Positions 7,418 through 16,650 of a stretch of DNA of 25,436 nt are shown piece by piece; positions within the stretch are counted from its first letter, which is position 1, and each line of letters starts with the position of its first letter. The notes beneath the pieces were generated by a model. It saw only the letters and a program-made list of their open reading frames with translations. It made no database searches and was not told where the DNA came from. Where the stretch lies: positions 1-25,436 of the IMG/VR virus record IMGVR_UViG_3300034105_002625. One strand, given 5' to 3'. The DNA comes from a virus. Its lineage: Duplodnaviria > Heunggongvirae > Uroviricota > Caudoviricetes. A program made the translations under genes and the position numbers.

Positions 7418-9106
7418 ATGGCAAGCGGACTAATTACAAAGAACACAGACCTTAAAAGTCTGAAGTATGGCTCTATGCCTCTTGGAAGTGATAAACCTTA
7501 TGTTACTAAAAACATAGGAGATGCACCAAGTAGCCAAATAGGGTCAGAAATTTCACATCGCATTGACGATGTTTCCCGTATTGCCCAAATGCTTGTAAAT
7601 AAGCCGGGAATAAAATACCTACTAAACGAAGCATTACTACAGCAAGTAAACGTAGGTCAAAGAATTAAAAAAGCACAACAGGGAGGAAAATCTTTAGTTG
7701 GAGCAGTTTTACAGCAAGCTGGAAGCACACTTCTTACAACAGTAAAAATTGCAGGATCAACTCTAGCACAAGTTCCTGTAAATGGAACAGGTACACATTT
7801 CTTAAAAGGATTTAGAACCGACACATATTTACGACCAGGTGCAAATGAAAAAATACCAGGAGCATTTGCTTCATTTTTTGGAGCAGGTGGAGTAGAAGGA
7901 GCACAGTATGCCCTAAGAGGAGAAACTGTACCAACTAATGTACAGACACAGTTCTATAAAGAAGGAAGTACTGTTAATAACGGAGACATTAAGAACCCTA
8001 CAACAGGTAAACCTTCAACCCTTTCTTATGATGCAAAAGTATTTACAGAAGATTACGGAACAGTAAATACTAACATAGTAGATAACACACCGCTACCAGA
8101 AGGAGATGCAAACAGACTAGCTGCATATAATGCAACAGCAGGGCAGGTAATAACAGTTACCCCATCAGGTAGTGCGTTAAGGCAGACCACAGCCAGCCCA
8201 GGAAACTTAGGTATATCAAACTTAACAGCTACAGGTAGTTATGGTCCAGATACTCTTAAGATATTTCAACCAACAACCTCAAAATACTCAGGACCAGAAA
8301 CCGGTTCATATCTTGAGCAAGAAAAGAAATTTGGAACTTTAAACAGAAATGTAACAAAAGAATTTAGAATAAAATTAGGAGATCAAGGAGATGCGCTTGA
8401 TGATAAAAAAGCAGCAAGAAGGAAAAACGAGTACTGGTTCATATCAGATGTAGATAAACGTAATCCAAGCGGATCTTTAGCGATTGATCAGATGAATCTA
8501 ATAGGTGTGAAGGATGCAAAAGTAGATGGAAACACAGCTGGTAGAGATCTAATTAAATTTAGATTTCATATTCTTACAGCAGATGGAGAAGAAAAAATAT
8601 TATACTTCAGAGCCTTCCTAGACTCGTTCGCAGATAACTACTCAGGACAATGGAACCCAGTAAAGTATTTAGGTAGAGCAGAAGATTTTCAAATCTATGG
8701 TGGCTTTCAAAGAAAAATTTCACTATCTTTTAAAATAGCAGCAGCTACTAGGTCAGAGATGAAACCATTGTATCAGAAAATGATTTGGCTAGCCTCAGCA
8801 ACTGCTCCAACATATGCAAATGAAGGACAGTTTATGAGAGGAACTATTACAAAAATAACAGTAGGAGATTATATTTATGAACTGCCCGGAGTCTTAAATA
8901 GTGTAAATTATACTTGGAATACAGAATATCCTTGGGAAATAGCAATGCTAGAGCCAGAAGGAGTACAAGGAGATGCAGAAATGCAGGAATTGCCAATGAT
9001 AATGGATTGTAGTATAGACTTTACCCCAATTCATACATTTACACCTGAGACAGGACTTAAGAAATTCTTCACAGCAGGAACAAGGTCGGAAAATACATAC
9101 ATATAG
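7418..9106 (+). CDS. Baseplate/tail-tube initiator-like structural protein
   Basis: C-terminal part (FRAFLDSFADNYSGQWNPVKYLGRAE...RKISLSFKI...ITVGDYIYELPGVLNSVNYTW...DCSIDFTPI) has the alternating beta pattern of tube-fold initiators (gp48/gp54-like). Position fits. Inference. Confidence 0.65.
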   Translation: MASGLITKNTDLKSLKYGSMPLGSDKPYVTKNIGDAPSSQIGSEISHRIDDVSRIAQMLVNKPGIKYLLNEALLQQVNVGQRIKKAQQGGKSLVGAVLQQAGSTLLTTVKIAGSTLAQVPVNGTGTHFLKGFRTDTYLRPGANEKIPGAFASFFGAGGVEGAQYALRGETVPTNVQTQFYKEGSTVNNGDIKNPTTGKPSTLSYDAKVFTEDYGTVNTNIVDNTPLPEGDANRLAAYNATAGQVITVTPSGSALRQTTASPGNLGISNLTATGSYGPDTLKIFQPTTSKYSGPETGSYLEQEKKFGTLNRNVTKEFRIKLGDQGDALDDKKAARRKNEYWFISDVDKRNPSGSLAIDQMNLIGVKDAKVDGNTAGRDLIKFRFHILTADGEEKILYFRAFLDSFADNYSGQWNPVKYLGRAEDFQIYGGFQRKISLSFKIAAATRSEMKPLYQKMIWLASATAPTYANEGQFMRGTITKITVGDYIYELPGVLNSVNYTWNTEYPWEIAMLEPEGVQGDAEMQELPMIMDCSIDFTPIHTFTPETGLKKFFTAGTRSENTYI

Positions 9107-9115
9107 GGTAGGTTT

Positions 9116-9412
9116 ATGAAAAGATACGAGAACATAAAAGTAGTACAATCACCAGAAGGAAAGCAGTATAGAACAACAACAATCTATCCAGAAACTCCTA
9201 TAAGTGAAAATGACTATTATATTATTACAACTGCAGGAGATCGTTATGATAATCTAGCAGATCAATTCTACAGTGATCATACACTTTGGTGGGTAATAGC
9301 ATCAGCAAATAATTCAGAAAGAGCTTCTTTAATTGTAGAACCAGGAATTCAACTTAGAATACCAGGAAATATAGATACAATCATAAACAATTACAATAAG
9401 GTAAATAAGTAA
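9116..9412 (+). CDS. LysM-like baseplate protein (gp53/tail protein X-like)
   Basis: YYIITTAGDRYDNLADQFYSDHTLWWVIASANN...PGIQLRIP matches the LysM-like pattern; lies before the hub gene. Confidence 0.85.
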   Translation: MKRYENIKVVQSPEGKQYRTTTIYPETPISENDYYIITTAGDRYDNLADQFYSDHTLWWVIASANNSERASLIVEPGIQLRIPGNIDTIINNYNKVNK

Positions 9413-9416
9413 AAAA

Positions 9417-12098
9417 ATGGCGGATGGTAAAATCATAGGAGGACCCTTCAGCAAGGAAGTTATAGCACAGTTAGCTTTACGAAGTAAGATTGTTTCTAAA
9501 GCCACTAGAGAGAATAAGGAACTCATATATTTAACATCAAAAACAGGATGGGTAAAACTAACCTCAGGAGTTAATGTAGGAGGTTCTTCTGCTTTAGCCA
9601 AGAAGTATATAATGGTTGGCGGTGTTAAAGGAAGAACCGGTACAGATACTTATAGTAATTTTTCAGGAGAAAATGGAAAAGGTTTTAGACCAATGCCAGG
9701 TATAACTGGAGTTCAAATAAACTCATTAGGGCAATTCGGACAATTAAAAGAAGCTACAGTCACTTTTAACTGTTGGGATAGATCTCAAATAACAGAACTA
9801 GAACTTCTTTTTATGAGACCTGGATTTACAGCATTACTTGAATGGGGACATACTGTCTATGCAAAATTAGAAGGTGAGTTTGAGAAAACTCCAAAAACTG
9901 TTGGATCTTTTTTTGATGCAGGCACTTCCAAAGAGCAGCTCTACAATGAAATAAAAGCCTTAAGGAAAGAAAGCGGATGTAACTACGAAGGTATGTTCGG
10001 CTTTATAAAAAACTTTTCATGGACCTATCGACAAGATGGAGGATATGACTGTACAACTAGTTTAGTTTCTATAGGAGAAATTATGGAATCTCTAACAATA
10101 GATGTAGATACTCCGGCACTTACAACCATAGTAGGAGATAAAACAAAAATAATACCTGCTACAATGCTGCAGAATGTTTTAAAGACCATTAAAGAAAGCC
10201 CTACAAATGGTTCTTGGAAAGACATAAAAACCAAATTCCCACAATTTGCTTCTAAGCACATAACAGTGGGGGGACGTGATACTTTAGATGTAGTAAAATT
10301 CTTTTTAAGGAGCATAAAAACAGGAGAAACAATAAACACAGATACAGGGCAGAGTTTTAGCTACATGTCACTGAAGAGCTTCTGTGAATTAGTCAATACA
10401 GTTATTATAGTAGATAATAACAAAAAAAACGTGATAAGGCTAAATACAGACATACTTAAGTTAAATAGTCAAGGTGGGGATAATACAAAAATACCTACCT
10501 GCAGATTTAGAACTTACAAGAACCATACATCAAGTGATCCAGGAGTTTGTATGTTAATGACCGACGGGTCTAAGAACTGGCCTTATGAGGAGAACCTTTT
10601 TGCTAAAATGCGATCAAACGCAGAAGGCTCTACTGATGAAATTTTAAATATTTACGTAAATGTAAACCTTCTTGAAAGTGCAATGACAAACCTACTTGCA
10701 ATGCCAGAGAAGGGCGATAGGAATTTACTAAACTTAATGAACCCAATCTTTGCAGAAATAAACTCTGTACTAGGAGATATTAACGATATAGGTTTACAGT
10801 ATGAAGAAGAGGAGTTTACCTACTACATAGTAGACAGAAAAGTGCAAGTTGAGACAAAGGACGTTTCGATCCTAAATGTTACAGGACTTAAATCAACTGT
10901 TTCACAATTCAACTTTACAACCAAGCTATCTCCAGCCATTACAACTATGTGTGCAATTTCAGCACAAGCAGGAGCAACAGATGTAGGACTAGAAGCAGGA
11001 GCATTACTAAGATGGAATGAAGGGTTAGAGGATCGAATTATTACTAAGAAGTCTATGAAGGTAGACGAACCAGCCTTTCCAACTGTTCCAACAACTTTTC
11101 CAATAGCAGGAGTTCCACTACCTACAGCAGCTGTACAGCCAACACCGGAACAACAAAGAGATGTTCAGCAGACCGATAGAAGAAATACAATTAAAGATGC
11201 ACTAGCACAAGTATATAATTCTGGACAATACGACAGTGAAGCAATAGCAGTTGCAAGAGCTCAATTTGGACCATATTCAACAAACTACGTACAATTCTAT
11301 GCAGAGGATAAAGTCAATGTGGGAAATGCAGGACCAGCAGGCATCATACCTTTCCAGGTAGGAATTGAAATGGATGGAATCTCAGGTATAAAAATTGGAC
11401 AAGCCTTTAAAATTAACGAAGGAATAATGCCAGCAAAATACGATGGAGTAGTTGGATTTATAGTAACAGGAATTGATCATAACATTGCAGGGAATAGATG
11501 GGTAACTAATCTTAAAGCTCAAACTATTGTACTAAAAGGTACAACAGAGAAACTAAGCGTTCCAACATACTCAGATGGCTTTACAGGAACAGGAGTTTCA
11601 ACAACTGAAGTAGCCGGACTAACTCCTATAACAAACTTTAAAGCAGAGAATGGACCTGCTAAAGTAGCAGCAGAACAGTACTTAGGGAGAAACCTTAGTG
11701 ATACAGAGTGGAATCAACTGGTAAGAGCAACCTTTGCAGAAGCAGGAGTAAATCAAACAGAGAGAGCTTACGTAATGGCAACTATTTTAAATAGAACTCG
11801 TGTAGCTAAATCTACAGTAACATCTATATTAACAGCCAAGAATCAATTTCAATCAGTAACAGGGACTGCAAGTAACGGACGTCAGCCAAGTTCTAATTAC
11901 AGAAATGGACCAGATAAGGTAAATGAAAAGAACATTTACGGTGCTGCAACAGGTATTTTAAAGAATGTACCTAAAACCATTATAAACTTTACAGCAGCAA
12001 ATAGAGCAGCATATGGAGCAGGAACTAATATAGCATATCTTGACACATTGAAAAAGAAAGGTGGAATACAGATAGGACAGACAGTCTTCTCATCATAG
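9417..12098 (+). CDS. Baseplate hub-like protein with C-terminal SleB/Hydrolase_2-like cell-wall hydrolase domain
   Basis: Follows the LysM gene. Hub-like motifs (ALLEWGH, GGYDCTTSLVSIGE, GIKIGQAFKI...GFIVTGIDHNI...WVTNL). C-terminal LVRATFAEAG...VMATILNR...ILTAKNQFQSV matches SleB-type lytic transglycosylases. Confidence 0.75.
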   Translation: MADGKIIGGPFSKEVIAQLALRSKIVSKATRENKELIYLTSKTGWVKLTSGVNVGGSSALAKKYIMVGGVKGRTGTDTYSNFSGENGKGFRPMPGITGVQINSLGQFGQLKEATVTFNCWDRSQITELELLFMRPGFTALLEWGHTVYAKLEGEFEKTPKTVGSFFDAGTSKEQLYNEIKALRKESGCNYEGMFGFIKNFSWTYRQDGGYDCTTSLVSIGEIMESLTIDVDTPALTTIVGDKTKIIPATMLQNVLKTIKESPTNGSWKDIKTKFPQFASKHITVGGRDTLDVVKFFLRSIKTGETINTDTGQSFSYMSLKSFCELVNTVIIVDNNKKNVIRLNTDILKLNSQGGDNTKIPTCRFRTYKNHTSSDPGVCMLMTDGSKNWPYEENLFAKMRSNAEGSTDEILNIYVNVNLLESAMTNLLAMPEKGDRNLLNLMNPIFAEINSVLGDINDIGLQYEEEEFTYYIVDRKVQVETKDVSILNVTGLKSTVSQFNFTTKLSPAITTMCAISAQAGATDVGLEAGALLRWNEGLEDRIITKKSMKVDEPAFPTVPTTFPIAGVPLPTAAVQPTPEQQRDVQQTDRRNTIKDALAQVYNSGQYDSEAIAVARAQFGPYSTNYVQFYAEDKVNVGNAGPAGIIPFQVGIEMDGISGIKIGQAFKINEGIMPAKYDGVVGFIVTGIDHNIAGNRWVTNLKAQTIVLKGTTEKLSVPTYSDGFTGTGVSTTEVAGLTPITNFKAENGPAKVAAEQYLGRNLSDTEWNQLVRATFAEAGVNQTERAYVMATILNRTRVAKSTVTSILTAKNQFQSVTGTASNGRQPSSNYRNGPDKVNEKNIYGAATGILKNVPKTIINFTAANRAAYGAGTNIAYLDTLKKKGGIQIGQTVFSS

Positions 12099-12122
12099 AG
12101 TTTAAAAATTAAATATAGTAGA

Positions 12123-12788
12123 ATGTACATACCTAAATCGAGATATAAAAAACCTAAATCAACTGACGGTACAGAGTTTGTAGAAGTTAAGTCTAGAAAA
12201 CTGTATAAGGGTTTTTATATAGAAACTTATAAAGGAAAGTTTTTTGCAGGAAAAACACCTGAAGAGGGAGGAGTTGAATTAGAAAAAATTAAAAAGGATA
12301 TAAAATTTCCGCTAGGTCTTTTAGGACTTCTAGCAGGATTCTTTTTAAAAAAACCAACTCAATCTGAAAAAGATAAAGGAGTAACAAAAAGAAATTTTAT
12401 ACAGGATAAAAACAACAACAAAATAATAGAAACAGATCCAGACACATATGCCCAGGCTAAAGAAAGTCTTGTAAATAGTGCATTTGCAGAAATAGATTGG
12501 ATTATAGGAGGACCAGCCAATGATGTAATGTTTGGAGAATATTTATATGAAGGAGCAGAATCTAAGAATAAAAAAACAATTCAAGCTCTAGAGACTACAT
12601 TACCGGGAATCTCTACCTTTGTAACCGATTATACCTACCTGGTGGAAGATACTACAACTACTACTACAACAGTAGAAAATCTAGCAGTATCTCAATCGGC
12701 CTTAGATCAAGCACAAACCTTCCTAATACAAGATCCAGATATACAACTAGAAAATTTTCGAAAAGCAAATTTCGATTTAAGAAAATAA
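12123..12788 (+). CDS. Hypothetical phage protein (221 aa), last gene of the tail block
   Basis: Intact ORF followed by a terminator; contains a short hydrophobic stretch (LGLLGLLAGFFL) and a Thr run. Confidence 0.75.
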   Translation: MYIPKSRYKKPKSTDGTEFVEVKSRKLYKGFYIETYKGKFFAGKTPEEGGVELEKIKKDIKFPLGLLGLLAGFFLKKPTQSEKDKGVTKRNFIQDKNNNKIIETDPDTYAQAKESLVNSAFAEIDWIIGGPANDVMFGEYLYEGAESKNKKTIQALETTLPGISTFVTDYTYLVEDTTTTTTTVENLAVSQSALDQAQTFLIQDPDIQLENFRKANFDLRK

Positions 12789-12795
12789 AACATAT

Positions 12796-12821
12796 AAGGC
12801 TTGCTTTTGCAGGCCTTTTTT
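12796..12821 (+). terminator. Intrinsic terminator ending the structural block
   Basis: AAGGCTTGC-TTTT-GCAGGCCTT stem (one G-U pair) followed by further Ts (T6 run at 12816-12821). Confidence 0.8.
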
Positions 12822-12829
12822 CTTATATT
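12801..12829 (+). promoter_or_regulatory. Sigma70-type promoter TTGCTT-N17-TATATT embedded in the terminator
   Basis: -35 at 12801-12806 and -10 at 12824-12829, preceded by TTCT; 19 nt upstream of the polymerase ATG. Confidence 0.6.
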
Positions 12830-12848
12830 AAAGAAAAGGTTATAAGAT

Positions 12849-14174
12849 ATGTTCTATATTATAGAGACAGAGGAGCAAATACAGCTTCTAAAAAATTTAG
12901 GCAGGAAAGGAGGGTATGTGGAAGTCATTTCTTCAAATGATAACTATCATCCACTTCTTACAACTACCGTAGCAGTCTACTTAAGACCTTTAGATCACCC
13001 TGAAGGGTATATTATTCCAATAAGTCATGATGAAGGATTAAATCTAACAAAAGACTGTGTCTCTGACATATTAAAAGAATACACAACACTTTATACATTT
13101 GATAAGAAAGAATTGATGTACCACTTCATATTACCTTCTGTCATAGATCTTTCCTTGCTTCATTCAATGACTTCTTATAATAGACTTGAACTTCCAAGAT
13201 CTAACTCAACTTGCAATTGGTATTACAATCGTTTTTATGATTTTAAAGAAATAAATGCTATAATTCCTATATCAAAGTTATTTGAAAAATGTGAAGAGAA
13301 TTATAAGTCTTTAGGGAAGATATTGCATATTGCAATACCCAATGGCTTTGATTTTTACAATAAGACTGCAACGTCTGTTTTCTTTATGATTGAAAGAGCT
13401 GGATTGAGAATAACCTATCAATCTTTTTTAGAATTATTTAAACCAAACAATCCTGTTTATAGTATTGATAACAATATCATATATACTTCGTATAATTTAT
13501 ATAATACAACTTCTCGTCCAACAAATGCTTTTAATTCAGTAAATTTTGCAGCAATTCCAAAAGCACCTGAGTTTAGAAAAGCAATTATTCCTCAGAACGA
13601 TGTTTTTGTTGAAATGGACTTTGATGGATATCATTTAAGATTATTATGCGAGCAAATCGGATATGAATTAACAGATGAGTCAGCTCACGTTCAATTGGCA
13701 AGACTTTACTTTGGAAAGGATGAAATAGCTGAAGATGAGTATGCAAAAGCAAAACAAATTAACTTCCATGCCATTTACGGAAAGATTCCACCTGAGTATG
13801 CTTTCCTAGAAATCTTTGATAAGATACAGAATTATATAAACGGTCTTTGGAAGCAATTTAAAGAACAAGGATACGTAGAGGATCCAATATCAGGAAAAAG
13901 ATTTACACAAGATCTTCCAGAAATGCATCCGCAGAAGCTTATGAATTATATGATGCAAAGCTTGGAAACCTCAAGAAATATTCTTATATTAAAAGATGTG
14001 CTTATGTTTCTTCAAGATAAGAAAAGCAGCTTAGCACTTTATACTTACGATGCCTTTGTATTTGATTTTGACAAAGAGGATGGAAAAGAGACGTTAGAAT
14101 CTCTAGAAAAAATAATGAATCAGGGAGGAAAGTACCCTATAAAATTCAAATACAGTAGTAACTTAGTTTTGTAA
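12849..14174 (+). CDS. Short, atypical family A DNA polymerase-like protein (441 aa)
   Basis: Motif A-like EMDFDGYHLRLL, motif B AKQINFHAIYG, motif C-like LYTYDAFVFD, and TTSRPTN...VNFAAIPK corresponding to TGRLSS..PNLQNIP. Confidence 0.85.
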   Translation: MFYIIETEEQIQLLKNLGRKGGYVEVISSNDNYHPLLTTTVAVYLRPLDHPEGYIIPISHDEGLNLTKDCVSDILKEYTTLYTFDKKELMYHFILPSVIDLSLLHSMTSYNRLELPRSNSTCNWYYNRFYDFKEINAIIPISKLFEKCEENYKSLGKILHIAIPNGFDFYNKTATSVFFMIERAGLRITYQSFLELFKPNNPVYSIDNNIIYTSYNLYNTTSRPTNAFNSVNFAAIPKAPEFRKAIIPQNDVFVEMDFDGYHLRLLCEQIGYELTDESAHVQLARLYFGKDEIAEDEYAKAKQINFHAIYGKIPPEYAFLEIFDKIQNYINGLWKQFKEQGYVEDPISGKRFTQDLPEMHPQKLMNYMMQSLETSRNILILKDVLMFLQDKKSSLALYTYDAFVFDFDKEDGKETLESLEKIMNQGGKYPIKFKYSSNLVL

Positions 14175-14184
14175 AATAAAAACA

Positions 14185-14192
14185 TATTTATA
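14185..14192 (+). promoter_or_regulatory. TATTTATA motif
   Basis: Exact intergenic copy 1 nt before the annotated ATG at 14194; the true start may lie downstream. Confidence 0.4.
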
Positions 14193-14193
14193 A

Positions 14194-14649
14194 ATGATAC
14201 AAATAGATGTAGCGCCAACAATGTTCGATTACGATATCGAATCAAATTACAATTACGCTGACATGAGCAACAAACTTTTCTGTACATTCTCCTCAGAAGA
14301 AAATCTTGAGGAAATATTAAGTACGATACAGGGCAAATACAAGATCATTTATAATAAAATTTTCGTTCTTTATTCAAAGAGCCAAGATGAATATATCTGT
14401 ACATATAACGTAGAATTCGGAAACGTTTCTAATTTTCTAGAAAATACTATTTTAGTTCATAGAAAAAAAGAATCAAATACCCTATACACAATCAATTCAT
14501 TAAATCGACTAATTGAATCTCTAAACGGAGGAGTATTAGATACAAACTTCAGAGTTGAATGGAATGACTATCAAAACTGTATACTTTTAACAAAAGGAGC
14601 AGAATTAAAAAGAGTCAACACAAAATTATTTAGAATATTAGAATTATAG
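14194..14649 (+). CDS. Hypothetical protein between polymerase and SSB (151 aa; start uncertain)
   Basis: Intact ORF with a globular-looking sequence (NKLFCTF, ILVHRKKESNTLYTINSLN). Alternative starts at MFDYD or MSNKLF. Confidence 0.75.
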   Translation: MIQIDVAPTMFDYDIESNYNYADMSNKLFCTFSSEENLEEILSTIQGKYKIIYNKIFVLYSKSQDEYICTYNVEFGNVSNFLENTILVHRKKESNTLYTINSLNRLIESLNGGVLDTNFRVEWNDYQNCILLTKGAELKRVNTKLFRILEL

Positions 14650-14678
14650 TTGGAATATTAAAATATTCTTCTTATCTT
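14650..14678 (+). promoter_or_regulatory. Sigma70-type promoter TTGGAA-N17-TATCTT with a palindrome in the spacer
   Basis: -35 at 14650-14655 and -10 at 14673-14678, preceded by TTCT. Inverted repeat GAATATT-AA-AATATTC at 14653-14668. Confidence 0.55.
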
Positions 14679-14715
14679 ATATAAATAAAAGTTTTAATTA
14701 AAAATCAGTTACATT

Positions 14716-15567
14716 ATGGATTTAAACGCAATTAAATCAAAGTTAGCCGCTCTAAACAGTGGTGGAAATCAAGACCGTGAGAAAGTAGACTTCGATAAGA
14801 TTTACTGGAGACCGGCAAACGGAAAATCAACTATTAGAATCGTACCTTCGGCATTCAATGCTGCAGATCCTTTCACAGAGTTGAAACTACACTACAACAT
14901 CGGGAAATTTCCTATGATGTCTCTTTCAAACTACGGAAAACAAGATCCAATCGAAGAATTCGTAAAAGAATTAAGAAAAACATCTGACAAAGACAATTGG
15001 TCTCTTTCAGGAAAACTATCACCTAAATCTAGATTCTTTGCTCCTGTTGTTGTAAGAGGAGAAGAAGAAAAAGGAGTTCGTCTTTGGTCATTCGGAGTTA
15101 ACATCTACAAAGCATTATTGGCTTTAGCAGAGGATGAAGACATTGGAGATTTTACAGACGTAATGAGTGGATGGGATATGGTTGTTGAAAACACACCAGC
15201 TGCAGGACCAGGTCAGTTCCCAACTACTACGGTTCGTATCAAACCAAAACAAACTACATTATCAGATGACGATAGTAAAGTGAACTCTTGGCTAAAAGAC
15301 CAACCAAACGCTTTAGAAGTACAAACTCAGTACGACTATGAATACATCAAGAAAAAATTACAAGAGTACTTAAATCCAGGAGAAGAAGTAGCATCAGCAG
15401 CTCCAGTAGCAGCAGAATCAATTGCACCAGTATCTACTCCATCAGCAGTAGCTGAACCAACTGACTTAGATAGAGCTTTAGGAAGCAATAAGACAGACTT
15501 TACTTTAGAGACTGCAGTTGAGGGTAACAAAAGTACAGTAAATAAATTCGACGATTTATTCAACTAA
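14716..15567 (+). CDS. Single-stranded DNA-binding protein (T4 gp32-like)
   Basis: YWRPANGKSTIRIVP...PF.E...HY core typical of gp32-like SSBs, a low-complexity linker and an acidic-aromatic tail (KFDDLFN). Confidence 0.82.
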   Translation: MDLNAIKSKLAALNSGGNQDREKVDFDKIYWRPANGKSTIRIVPSAFNAADPFTELKLHYNIGKFPMMSLSNYGKQDPIEEFVKELRKTSDKDNWSLSGKLSPKSRFFAPVVVRGEEEKGVRLWSFGVNIYKALLALAEDEDIGDFTDVMSGWDMVVENTPAAGPGQFPTTTVRIKPKQTTLSDDDSKVNSWLKDQPNALEVQTQYDYEYIKKKLQEYLNPGEEVASAAPVAAESIAPVSTPSAVAEPTDLDRALGSNKTDFTLETAVEGNKSTVNKFDDLFN

Positions 15568-15570
15568 GAA

Positions 15571-16650
15571 ATGGCAGTTAGAAAAACAGCCCCTAAAACC
15601 GCTAGCGAGATAATCAAAGGCGGTTTCAGTCTCGATAACTTTAAGAAAAACAAAGGGTTTAGTAATTCTTCTGTAAAATTTAAAGAACAAGACTGGATTA
15701 AAGTCTCAGATGCTTTTTCAGAAGTAACATCCCTTAAAGGAATACCTATGGGGCATATTACCCTCTTAAGAGGACATTCTGATACAGGAAAAACTACTCT
15801 ACTATTAGAAGCAGCAGTTGAAGCACAAAAGAGACAAGTACTTCCGGTATTCATTATTACCGAGATGAAATGGTCTTGGCCTCATGCTCAAATGATGGGT
15901 CTTCAAGTTGAAGAGGTAGTTGATGAGGAAACAGGAGAAATAACTGACTACAAAGGATTTTTCTTATATGCAGATAGAGGAACTCTAAATACCATAGAAG
16001 ATGTAGCAGTTTATATCTTGGACTTAATCGATGAACAAAAGAAAGGAAATCTTCCTTACGATTTATGTTTCTTCTGGGATTCAGTTGGATCAGTACCAAG
16101 TGATTTATCAGTAAGATCAAATAAGAATAATAACGAATGGAATGCTGGAGCAATGTCTACTCAATTTGGAAATAACGTAAATCAAAAGATTATGTTATCA
16201 AGAAAAGAAGCAAGCAAGTATACAAACACTCTAGTAGCAATCAATAAAGTTTGGACTGCAAAACCTGAACATCCAATGGGTCAACCTCGATTGGAGAATA
16301 AAGGAGGAAAAACAATGTGGTATGATGCAACAGTTATTATTACCTTCGGAAATATTACAAATTCAGGAACAAGTAAGATCAAAGCCGTTACAAAAGGTAA
16401 AGAGTTTGAATTTGCTAAAAGAACCAAAGTTCAGATAGAAAAGAACCACATCGATGGTATTCAATCTAGAGGAGCAATCATTATGACCAGTCATGGATTT
16501 ATTGCAGACGATAAGAAAGCAATTGATACATATAAAGACACTCATAAAGGATCTTGGGCAAATACGTTAGGGTCAACAGACTTTACAGTAACAATCGAAG
16601 CCGAAGTAGGAGAAGACTTAAGAACTGATATGGAAATGCTCGATGAGTAG
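15571..16650 (+). CDS. uvsX: RecA/UvsX-like recombinase
   Basis: Walker A GHSDTGKT, Walker B LCFFWDSVGS, and INKVW...KGGKTMWY RecA-like elements. Confidence 0.88.
   Translation: MAVRKTAPKTASEIIKGGFSLDNFKKNKGFSNSSVKFKEQDWIKVSDAFSEVTSLKGIPMGHITLLRGHSDTGKTTLLLEAAVEAQKRQVLPVFIITEMKWSWPHAQMMGLQVEEVVDEETGEITDYKGFFLYADRGTLNTIEDVAVYILDLIDEQKKGNLPYDLCFFWDSVGSVPSDLSVRSNKNNNEWNAGAMSTQFGNNVNQKIMLSRKEASKYTNTLVAINKVWTAKPEHPMGQPRLENKGGKTMWYDATVIITFGNITNSGTSKIKAVTKGKEFEFAKRTKVQIEKNHIDGIQSRGAIIMTSHGFIADDKKAIDTYKDTHKGSWANTLGSTDFTVTIEAEVGEDLRTDMEMLDE

Noticed and set aside
12648-12675. ACT/ACA trinucleotide run as a functional repeat
   Set aside because: It simply encodes a seven-Thr linker in frame; too short and imperfect to support phase variation.
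646-12788. Bacterial extracellular contractile injection system or tailocin
   Set aside because: The tail genes are contiguous with phage replication and RNR genes and share phage-type promoter motifs, so a phage genome is the simpler explanation.
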